From: Gonapodya sp. JEL0774
Taxonomy: Eukaryota
Length of the DNA stretch: 64,000 bases
Assembly: GCA_027604505.1 (NCBI GenBank)
Contig: JADIIX010000109.1
Coordinates: 1-64,000, forward strand
Direction of reading: 5' to 3'
Within the stretch, counting starts at the first letter, position 1. The number at the start of each line of letters is the position of its first letter. Shown here piece by piece: positions 37,604 through 48,700 of this stretch. Both the position numbers and the translations under genes were made by a program. The notes beneath the pieces are model-generated. The model did not search any database. It had not been told where the DNA came from and was given only the letters and a program-made list of their open reading frames with translations.

Positions 37604-37771
37604 TGTGACCCGCCTTGAGGTCACCACTCGGACTAGGGCAGCTAGAGATGCAATGTGAACATAGAGAACCCAATACAACACACTGCCGTCTTACCTAGAG
37701 ATGCAGTGCTATCTGCCAAACCTAAGAAAAGAATCTACACTGTGCCTACACTATCATCTGGTGGCTGCTAC
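37604..37771. repeat. Truncated LTR-like repeat, family A (diverged copy of 45365-45530)
   Basis: TGTGACCCGCCTTGAGGTCACCACTCGGACTA...CAATACAACACACTGCCGTCTTA...GAATCTAC...TATCATCTG is directly repeated at 45365 with scattered mismatches. Confidence 0.8.
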
Positions 37772-37920
37772 TGTTGAAGAACACCCGCAAGGTGAGAATC
37801 GAGGTCCCGATTCTATGTATTCTGTGTATCCAGTCCGGTCAGACGCTATGTGAGTGCGTCATACAAAAATATATCTACACTATACTACGTCCCGTACATC
37901 AACTCAGTGGTCATACAACA
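37772..37920 (-). repeat. Putative 149-bp 3' LTR, family B (TGTTG...CAACA), preceded on the minus strand by a short purine tract AGGGGTAG (37921-37928)
   Basis: Terminal inverted pentamers TGTTG/CAACA. Position immediately downstream of the integrase-chromodomain and a PPT-like tract. Confidence 0.6.
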
Positions 37921-39878
37921 CTACCCCTGGTTCGTTAAAGCTAGCTCCACTTGAGCTAAATGTGTCAGTGCGCAAAGTGATGGCCTGCCACATCTCAAGA
38001 AGCCCTTGTGCTTGCAAGAGTTTGCGTTGTTGCCCAAAACCTTTCTTTCGTGCACGGCGTGTAAGGAGCTTCCCGTTGGCTGATGGTGTTTGCGTTCCTA
38101 GGCATTGACTAGGTCATCAGCAAAGATGAGGCTTTTGGATTGCCACTCTGGTGTGGCATAGCAGTCAAAATTGACAATGTACTTGACAAGTGCGTTCTGG
38201 GTGTCTGGCTCTACCCTTTTATCAAGGATATCCTCCACTACATACGTTGGTTGGAAGTCAGGACCAAGCTCCTCCTGGACAATGTCACTCTCAGCAATCT
38301 ATGCTGCAACAGGGGTTCTCAACTCAGTGGTTGAAAGGGGTGGCACTGCGGCCATGCAAGCAGGGTCAGGAACGTAACAGGTGGTCCAGGGTTGGTATCA
38401 CCGCATGCAACTAACATGGGTGCTAATGACATGCTCTGCACTGATGTGACTCAGCCTGAAAAGGTTCTCGCTTTCCTTTTCAATAATGCGATATGGGCCA
38501 GTCCACCTGGAGATGAGCTTAGTACTCTCCCCTTTACAATGAGATTCCTCGTAGTAGACTGTAAAAAGCTGGTTTACTTCAAACGGGGCAGTCAATGCTT
38601 TGACATCGTATTGGGTGTGGCGGAGCTTCCTCTGGTTTTGGAGGTGAGTTCGAGGCTGATCAGTCACTGCGCTAAGCTCTGTGGCTTGTGTGCACAGTGG
38701 TTTGGTAGTGCCAGCGAAGAGCAAGTCTGCAGGGAGCCTTGCATCACGCAGGTTTTGCAAGAAGAACGGCGCGTTGCCTAATGCCTGGTGCACAGTTGTG
38801 CGGGACGCAAAGAGGATGGGCTCAATTACAATGTCCCAGTCGGTGTGGTCCACAGTGATGTAAGCCGTGAGGGCATTGTTAAGGAAGCGATGGGGCCGCT
38901 CATTCAAGAAATTACCCTAAGGGTGGTATGCTCAAACCCACTGAATTTGGACAGAGCAATCAACACTTTGCTGGTGAAATTGCTACCATGATCTGTGTGC
39001 AGGTGCAAGAAGACACCACAATGGCAGATCCAATGGTGGAAGATAGCCTCTGCAACAGTCGGTGGTGATTGATCTGGTATGGGGACACCATCAAGCCAAC
39101 GATTGGAGTGGTCATTCATTGTCAAAACATAGACATTTTTTCGGGCTGTCAAGGGGAATGGCCCCATAATGTCTGCTGCAACAACTTCTCCAGGCAGGCA
39201 CTCATCAGTGACAAATGCCTGTTGCTGGCCCTGGTTTGCAGCTCTGGCAAGTTACACAAGCTGCCACCCAGCAACAAACATTATGTGACATGCCTGTCCA
39301 AAAGAAACCCTCACAAAGAGATTCCCACATCTTGAGAGTCCCAGCATGCACAACTAGAGGGTCCTCAAGGTAAGCTCTCTGAAATTCCTCTTCACAATTG
39401 TGAGGAACACAAATGAGGTCCACTTTGCTCCAGGTGTTACCACAAACAATCTCACTGTGCTGGACTAAGATGCCAGAAGGGTTGAGTGAATGCAGGGCGG
39501 CTTGCGCAAGGAGCCATTTGGAGGCATCTGTTGGAGGTGTACCTGCCGACAAATACTTGATATGGGGCCCATAGGCAGGATCTGCTCCCCAGTCAGCAGC
39601 AAACCGGAGCTGGAACTTGCAGGTGTCCAAACTGACAGTAAGGAGCTCAATCTGGCTTGGAGAGGCTGCAGTGTAAGAAATGGTGAGGATTTCAATGCTG
39701 TTTGCGAGAATGTGGCATAGGAACTCAGTGGCTTGTCCATCTCGTTATCATTGTCCTCAATGAGTTTGGGGTGCCAATGCCGGTGGCAAATGCAGATCAG
39801 TGTCTGCAGGTGCTGTCGCATTTTTACACCCCCCACCCATAAAATCAATGCAAGATGGACCTGTGAAATGATGTAGGA

Positions 39879-41873
39879 TTACCATAATCTCTTGAAAAAT
39901 TTGGCCCGAGCAAGGATGCCAGAAATGGCAATACCTGATGTGTCAGTCTGCACCATAAAAGGTTTGGAGAAATTGGGGCAATGTAACGTCAGGTTTGAGG
40001 TAAGAGCCTTCCTCAGAGCTTCAAAAGCAGCTTGATGTTCGGTGTCCCAATTCCAGGGAACATTGTGTCCAGTGAGCTGCCAGAGGGGCCACATAATTAC
40101 GGTGAAGTTCCCTACAAAGTGCCTGTAGTAGCCAGCAAGGCCAAGGAACAAGTATACTCCATCAAGAGTAGTAGGGAGAGGGAAGGTGCAAATAGCCTCT
40201 GTCTTTGCAGGGTCCATCGTAGTTTTGCCTGTCTTTGTGACAACATGCCCGAGGTAGGCAGTCTCATGTTGGCACAGAGTGCACTTCTTTGCGCAAAGGC
40301 GGAGTGCAGCATTCCGAATGCGCATCATCATCTTAGTGATGTCTTGCATGTGCTTCTTAAAGGTGGGTGAGAAGATGATGATGTCGTCCATGTAAACAAG
40401 GCATGAGATCCACTTAATGCCAGCAAGAACTGCATCCATGAGTTGTTGGAAGGTTGCAGGTGTATTTGTTAATCCGAATGGCATGTGTGTATATTCGCAC
40501 AGGCCCTCAGGGGTGATAAATGCAGTCTTTGGGATGTCGTCGTCATGGATCTTGATGTTCCAATATCCCCATGTAACGTCAAAGGAAGAGATGTATGACG
40601 TATTCTGCAGTGAGTTCAGGGCATCATCAATATGGGGAAGGGGGTACTGGTCTCTCTTCGTGATCTTGCTCAGCTTGCAATAATCGATGCAGAAGCGGAG
40701 TTTGCCATCTTTCTTTGGCACAAGGACCACAGGCGCAGCCCACAGACTATTAGAAGGACGGATCACTTCTTGATCTAGCATTTCCTTCACAGCTGCTGAC
40801 ATCTCAGGTCGTTCCCTGAAAGCAGCTCGGTGTGGTGGGACAGCAATAGGGGGGTGGTCACCAGGAACAGTACCTGTTTTCTCTTTGTCAGAGAAGACAT
40901 CTGAAAAGTGCTCATGGAGTGTACGTGACAGGTAACTTTGTTCTTGCACTGTCAGGTTGGCAGTCTTTGACAAATCAAGATCAGGGATGGGGTTGGCTCG
41001 TTGATATGGCATGTTGGGGTCTTCCTTTTCAATGAGTTTCCTGATTTCAGCAGGTTCTGTGGGAACAGGATTACCCGTAGGTGGTAGTTTCTTTTCTGTA
41101 TTAGCTGATTGCTTAGTAGCAGGCCTCTCAGATAAATCAAGGGTCATGAGATTGAAATCGGAATTTGTGTGGGGTTCACAATTAGCAATTGGAGTTCCCT
41201 TAAGAAGGTGTAGAGGTGCCCCTGTCATGTTGGTGACAAATACTTTGGCCTTCCCCAGGGCCATTTCAGGTGTTTCTTGTGCAGCAAGGGCACCAAGCTT
41301 AATGGAGGTAATAGGATGGGGCTTGACAAAACCTGTGCCTGTCCACCTTCTTTGGGTGTTGATGTCATGGACATTGCACATAACACCATGATAACAGGCA
41401 ATGGTAATATCTTTGTCGAGGATGAGATCAAAGTCTCTTCGACGGACTTTGCCTGTCTCAATGTGGACTCGGGTCTTTGTGCCAAGTTTCTCGTTATCAA
41501 CTTTGCAGCGAATGCAACCCTTGTCATAGTCAATTATGGCACGCCATAGGGAGAGAAAGTCAACACCGAGTAGAATAGGATGAGGCAGGTGCTCAATAAC
41601 AGCGCGTCTAATGGGTCTTCTGACACCAGTGACTGTCACAGGGAGCAAGACCTGACCAAGTGGGGCAGTGATGGGTTGCATATTCCATGGCTCTAGGGGC
41701 ATCATGGAGAAGTCTTGAAGGTAGAAGTCACCACTTATGGCAGATAGAGCAGCACCTGAATCTTGGATGATATCCATTTCAGGGAGGGTTCCAACAGAAC
41801 CACGCATTGTTGCAGCAATCCTCACAGCAGCATAATCTGGTGCCTTGCCAGAGGTGTGAAGTTCTACTAACAC
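39879..41873 (-). pseudogene. Ty3/Gypsy pol fragment (aspartic protease, dUTPase-like spacer, RT, RNase H N-terminus)
   Basis: 664-aa ORF carrying the motifs above. It breaks off right after the first RNase H motif. Confidence 0.88.
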
Positions 41874-44800
41874 TCAGGTAATCTCTTTGTATGACTGTGA
41901 GTAATCAATCCAACACTTTCTTGGAGGAACAGAGAATGCCGCATGCGGTATACTGTCATTAGTAAGGACATTAAGCTTAGGTGACAAGACTGGAGAGATG
42001 AAGTAGAACAGCGTGGGTGAGCTTGCTATGAAAGGGGCCACATTGGAAAAGGAAGCATTGCATCCACGGTCTAGTGGAGGGTTAATCATGCCCCTCACCA
42101 GGCGGTGACTGCCTCAAGGCAATTCCCACAACGACATGCGCACTGATGTTGAGCCAAGGGTGTGAACCACTTAACAGTCATACAACAGATAACTACTTAC
42201 CACTAAAACTCTCGAACAAGGTGTAGTTCTGCGCCTACAGCACTCGGCATGCAAGTGTTGCAGCCAGGGACATATCTTTGGATTCTCGCTTAGCACATTC
42301 TCTGTAACACGGGTATGGGTCCGGAGGCGGTGCCACTGACACCAGGACAATCCTACACACCCTAGCTGGGTCTTTGGGCCAGCCAACTATTGGGCAATAG
42401 GGGATCACATCCACCGGACACTGCACAAGAGGGGCATTTTGGCAGATTCACTCCGTAACAGAGGGCCGACCAATCCTGACTCTACACATTCGTGAGCATT
42501 GCCACCGCAGAGGTTGGACTCCATACAGACGTTATTCAGTTATCTGGTTTATTTCCCAGGTTAGCTAGCTATCTCTACTTCTCACCATCGTTAGCATCAT
42601 CAACATCATTCCAAGTCTCATCAACAAAAGCTTCATCTGGGGCTTGTCCCATATAAAAAAAGGTTTGCACGTCCACAATAGGCTGCTCCACCATGCCCAC
42701 CACCACGGTTTGCATCTTCACAAGTGACACGACAACCAGGGCGACTGGCAGGTGGTTGAGAAGAGTGCCGCTGGGCCTCAATAGCACATCAATGTGGGCA
42801 CTCTCTAATAAGACGTAGTTGGTGCCAGCGACAAAATTTGGAGGCAGCTGATTAAAGTAACAAACGTACTGGCAAACATCAAAATATGCTGCAACTGGAG
42901 CTTGGGAGCGGAATCTGGCTCAATGGCCTTGCTCAAAACAGTTAGAGCAAACGTGGTTGGGTACAACAGATGAGGTTTGACCCAATGGGGAGCCAGCAGC
43001 AGGTGGTGCCATTGCCAAGAGAGGCTGCAGTGGGGGTGGTGGCTGCCTGTCAGCAAATTGATGAGGACGGGGGGTACATTGTGCCTTGGTTGGCACAAGA
43101 TGAATTGACTGGGTTCCACCTCCCGCCGGAATTAGAGCCAGCAGGCGCAGCAGCTGCAGCTTGCCTTGGCGTCACCACGATTGCAGGTGCCTCTGCAACA
43201 TTCAGTGATGAGCCAGGTGAAGAGCTTGCAAACTGCCAGTTACCCCAGGTTACTTTGCGAGTCTGGTAGTCAATGGTGGCCTGATACAAGGCATTTAAGG
43301 GTGCTTCTTTGGAGTTGAGCTTCCCAAGCTCATTGAACAGCTCCGGGATTGAGAGCTGAAACCCACGGCCATAGTGTGGCCTAAGTTTGCACACTATGGT
43401 GCTGTGGTTATTGCTGACCTGGAGCTCTCTATTTATGTGAGTATCAACAGAGCATAGCTCATGGATGAGGCTCTTGAACCAGTTAATGACAGCAGTGGCT
43501 CCTTCCTCAGCCTGGGCTGAGAATCCTTCAATTTTGGAACAGCACATGGAGAGATTTTGCATGTTGTTGCCAGCAGCAGTGAGGATGGCTTTGCAGATGT
43601 CCAACCACAATGTCATAGATGTAAGCAGTCTCTCAATGGCCGAGGCAATCTGTTGACCTCGAAGGCTGGATCTGTGGAGTGCTTCAGCTGCTTGCAGGGC
43701 GACCGCTTGTGGTGTCTCTTGGTTTCCAAGGTAAACATTCTCTCTATGCTGAACCCAGGATGCAACTGGTTCATTCTCCCCCAAGGAGCAGAACTTAATG
43801 GGGTTGCCCAAAGTCACATGAGGTGCTGGTGGGGTCAGTGCCCCAGGAGGTGGTGCCGGAGGTTGAAGGAACCATTGTGGGAATGCAGGAAGAGGTGCTC
43901 CCATTGGTGGGTTCTGAGTTCCACTGAAGATGTATGGATATGGGTTTGGCCAGGGGAACATTGGGCTTGGTGCAACCCAACTAGGAGGCTGTTGAGGCCA
44001 AAAGGGAACAGCAGGAGGCTACAGAGGGAATGTGGAGGGGGAAATAACAAGTGCTGGTTGTACTTCCCCAGCATTTGGGAGAGCAGTCAGTGCAGCTACT
44101 TGTGTCAATGCTGGTGGCTGCAGAGAAGCAGCAATGCCCAATGGTACAGTGGTCAGTAAGCCAGTTGTTGCTGGTGTCACCAATCCAAGGGCAGGTGCTG
44201 AGATATTTGGGGTCAGGACTGTGGTAGCAGCAACAGTGGCTGCAGGGGAAACTGTGGTCTGCATTACCAGTCATTGCTGTTGGACCACGGAGGGCGGAAT
44301 CTGAAGCTGCGGGAACAGTGGAGGCAGGCAGCTCAGACACAGGGTAGGCAGAAGGATTATATTCAGTGCAACACTAGTTGCTGCTACTGACGTACCACTG
44401 GAGCTATTGGCTGGCCTCCACGAGTCACTGGCACTATTATTGAACTTGCTGTATTTGGAACTGGGGCCACCACGGGAGCGGGACCTGGAGTGCCTGCGCT
44501 GCTTGCGGTGGGGACTTGGAGAGTTGGAGCGCCCTCAACATTGGGACTTGAAGAACTTCCTCCTCCTCCCGGAGCCTTCATTGTCGCCAGAGAGGGATGT
44601 GGAATGTGTGGCTGAACTTGGCTCAGTGGCCCTGTGACCGTGGGAGAGCAGTCGGGGATGGTGGGGCTGCAGCAGCTGCTGTGACCCACAGGCAGACACG
44701 ATGGAGGAATTCCGGCCTGGAAGATCTCTGCGTCAATCTCTTGTCCAAGTTTGTCCTTTTGTGCAGCAGGCGCAAGAGGTGTCACAGATTGAGGGAGTAA

Positions 44801-45364
44801 AACGTATGAGTATGTGGTGAAACAGCAAGAGAAGCCCTCCCACGTGTTTGGGTGTTTATTGAGTTTGTGAGAGGGGTTCTCAAGAGGGACAAATTTCAAC
44901 ACTGTGTAGGTGGTACACCAGGCAATAGTGCTTCCAGTGAAGCACTCTGGGTTCCGGACAGGGTGAGGGTGAAGGTCACAAGGAACAATAATATCAATAC
45001 CGGCTGGAAGCAGTATACAGTCAACTGTGATTCCTTCGAGTGGTGTGTCGTAGAAGTCACGACGCATGCTGGTGTCCTCAATTGATAAGCAGAGGTTGGT
45101 AGGTGTGCACTAATTGAGATGATGACAAGAGTACGCAATGGTGTGAGTATGTGCAACACCAATGTAATTGCCGTAGACAAGAGGTTGGGGTGTGTCAACT
45201 ACAGAAAATGGGATGCAGGCAAGAGAAGACTGCCTCGCAAACCGTGGATTCAGGGTCAAAGCCTTGGGTGATGAGATTGTAAACGTCTTTTGCAATGAAG
45301 GTACCTTCCGGATATGATGGGGACGACGTGCACCACACTTCATAAGCTGTGCATGAGGCCCAAG

Positions 45365-45754
45365 TGTGACCTGCCTTGAGGTCACCACTCGGACTATGGT
45401 AGCTAGAGATGCAAAGTGAATATAAGAATCCAATACAACACACTGCCGTCTTAACTAGATATGCAGTGCTATCTGTCAAACCTAAGGAAAGAATCTACGC
45501 CGTGCCTACTCTTATCATCTGTTGGCCACTACGCTACAACCCATAAACCCTCGAACCTCATCTACACATTATCACCGCTCTCCACAGTGACCTAGCGGTA
45601 AGTTTATCAAGGATTTATTAAAGGAAGTTGTCATCTCCTATGTCAGGCGCCTCTATAAAGTAGAATGCCAATACTACTACAGTATGAAGGGAGTTTAGTC
45701 CCTGAAGTCCACGGTTGAAAACCACCAAGTACACAATGACCACCCTCAGTCACA
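45365..45754. repeat. LTR-like element, family A (390 bp, TGTGAC...GTCACA)
   Basis: 6-bp inverted termini TGTGAC/GTCACA. The first ~165 bp are repeated at 37604. No matching target-site duplication seen. Confidence 0.6.
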
Positions 45755-45759
45755 AAAGC

Positions 45760-48700
45760 TTACTTGGGGATTAGGGTACCTGAAAGAATCCTGACTCCGT
45801 CCTGGTGCGTCCACAGCAGCGCCACTCCATCCTGGTGAGAGCATCCACCAAGGTCTTGACCACTACCAGACCCATATCTAACGCCACACAGTTGATCAGG
45901 TGATCCATGACATTGGTACCGTATCAGACGTGTGGCAGGGGGTAGATTGACTGCAGGCACCTCTGTACTGCCGGTCCAACTCCAGAGTACTCTATCACAT
46001 GATCCCTCGACAGTGGGACTCCATCATCACAATTGATGCAGTCTTCATGGGATGAGACAAGTCCCATTTGCCAGCGCGAGATGGTCACCTGATCCTCACG
46101 CTTAATCCTTGAACGCAAGTCCAAATACTGGTCAGGTTGCGCGTTCGGTCTAACTCAAATTGCAGACACCACTGTCCTGTTTGCCTTTGTCACAAAGTTC
46201 TCTCCCAATAGAGACTCCATCTGCCCCTGTCTCCAGGTTATCCTCTCTGCCCGCAGCGCAATTGGCGGTGGTGGGTGACGGGGGGGGAGGCTCACTGAAG
46301 AGGGTTGGCAATGTTGGAGTGGACTAAGAATCGGTTGCGGAGTGCAACTACTAGTGCGTTCCTCCTGTGGTGCACCTGTCCAATCATTGCTGCATACGGG
46401 ATTGATCCTGCCAGGGGCGTGGATCGAAGCCTGTGTCGCCACACTCCCACTCCAAGAATGGTGGCGTCCAGATGATAGCAAGTGCAACTCCCTTGCACGA
46501 AGCTCAAAGGGCTGCACTCCAAGCACCCTGTGGATGGCATCACGACTGGTGTGGCGAGGGGCATTCCAGATCGCGCGAAGAGCACGCTCCTGACACTTCT
46601 GGTAGATCTGCAGCAGTGGTGCTGAAGGGAGCGTCAGCTCAACTCCAAATTCCATAACTGGGCAAATGAAGGTGGTATACGCGTGGACTGCTGATCGTGG
46701 TGCCCATCCAGTAATGTTGAACCCCACTGACTTCAACATTGCTGTCATGCCATCTGCTTTCTTGCACCGATCCAAGCACAACTTCTTCCAGTTCACCCCT
46801 CCGCAAGTGAAGGGGAATCCCAGGTAGTTGTGCTCCTCTTTCGATGGAAGATCCTCCCCATAGAGCTGAAGGGGGACTTCCCGTTGAGCAGGTTGCGGTG
46901 CAAACAGAATGCACTTGGTTGGTGCACACCACATTCCAGCATTCACACTCCATGTCTGGCATACTCCCAGCAACCTCGCCATGCACTGGTGATCGAATGC
47001 CACAAGAGCAGCATCATCTGCAAACAGTAGAGCATTGATGAACTTGTTTGCCACTCGTACTCCCGTCTCCTCCTTCAGCTCGGACAGTGCTAAAGCAAGA
47101 TTGCTGATGAAGAAATTGAAGAGGATCGGGGAGAGGGAAGATCCCTGGAACAGCCCACGCAAGTTTTCCAAGAGATCCGATGTGCTCCCCCCCACCAATA
47201 GCTGACTTGTGTTGATGTCAAAGAGATCCTTTAACCGACTGACTGTTGCTGGAGGGAAGTGATATTGATACTCCAACAGCCACCAAAGATGACGCCTGTC
47301 CACCTTGTCGTATGCTGCCTTCAAGTCCAGGAGCACCGTTGTCATCTGTGGGTTGTCCTTGCAGGACTTGTGCGGGATCACGACCTGCTGCATCACTCCA
47401 CGGTGGGGGCGGAAACACTCCTGGAATGCTTCTACCTCTGGAATCAGCAGGCGCTCATACAACCGCCGGATGGTGCACGTGAGCGAGATCGGCTGATGGT
47501 CTGCGAAATCCTCTGCACTCCCCTTCCTCTTCCACACTGGCACCACAAGTGCACGTCGCCAGATGGTTGGGATGCAGGCTGTCAATGCAATCAGGTGAAG
47601 CAGTGCAGTGAGCTGTTTAATCAGGGCATTATGAGCTGTCTGATAGAATTCTGCCAGTACTTTGTCTGCTCCCCATGCCTTCCCCTTTGGCAGCTCCATC
47701 AACTGCTTTGCCACCATGTATGGCTCAATCAGCTCATCAACATCTGGATCTGGTGGCAAGATGGGTTGGTTGGGCAGCTCCTCTGGGGTTGTCCCAGTTG
47801 GCGCACCTCCCCATGTAGTCTGGAAGTAGTTCAGATGATCACTCATCTTTGCAGGGTCCAGTCCACATCCTGTCTTTGCCCTCCTTTTCTCGATCCCCTT
47901 GATTGCCCAAAGAAAAGCCGCAGATGTTTTTTCACGTGCTAGTTGATCGAAGTGGGAGCGGAATTGTGTTCGCCTTCGCTCGCCCACCCCAGCACAATAG
48001 ATCCACGCACGCTCAGTGACTGCTGCTGTCAGTTTGCGCACTTCCTCCCTGGGTGTCTCTGCTGACACAGCTGCCCATGCCACCCTTGTGGCCTCTTGCA
48101 GGTCTGCCAACTCCTGCGAGAGGTTGTCTGTCAGGAACTCATGGTCCACATATGAGCTCCACTTCAGATAGCCAACAGTGGGCTCTCCAGCCCTGCCGAG
48201 GGCCTCATACAGCTGTGTGATCACTCAATCCACCTCTGCTTGCACGTTCCCAGACCACCCAGCAGAAAGGATCCTCTTCTCAGCCTCCCCACACTCCTTC
48301 TCCAACTTAGATAAGATCATCCCCCAGGAGCTTTACGTACGCCTCGCGCACAGTAGGTGTGACGAGCTTACGTACGTTCCACCGTTTCACTTCGACATAC
48401 GGGGGTTGCTTGTCTGGGATGGTAAATGTGAGTGGGCAGTGGTCTGATCCACCAATAGCCACCCCTTTGTGTAAAATGCAGTCTTCCACCTGGAATGTGG
48501 AGATGACAACGTCTGGTATCCCTTGTCCCCCATTGGCAAGTGATGTCCATTTCCCCTGGGTTGGTGTCTGGATTCAGAAACGATGGGCTTCCATCATCCA
48601 GTCATCCAACAGGTGGCCCTGACAGTTGGTCTTGTGATCACCAGACAGAAGCTCCAACCCTGTCCCCCACTTTCACTCATGTCAGGGCTGTGCCCGTGTG

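Larger units (their letters stand above)
37772..45364 (-). mobile_element. Decayed Ty3/Gypsy LTR retrotransposon with chromodomain (gag - PR - RT - partial RNase H - IN - CHD)
   Basis: Gag region with degenerate knuckle CSNCFEQGH*ARFR (~42905-42950); protease IIQDSGA...ILLGVDFL; RT WAAPVVLVPKKDGKLRFCIDY, MPFGLTN, YMDD; RNase H start FMVQTDTSG; integrase GPFP...HTDHGSNFTS and WTGPYRI; chromodomain YVVEDILDKR...KYIVNFDCYATPEW (~38140-38250). Many stops and frameshifts. Confidence 0.9.

Noticed and set aside
37604..45530. Treating the two family-A repeats as the paired LTRs of one intact insertion
   Set aside because: The left copy is truncated and diverged, no TSD matches, and the PPT-like tract abuts a different LTR-like sequence.
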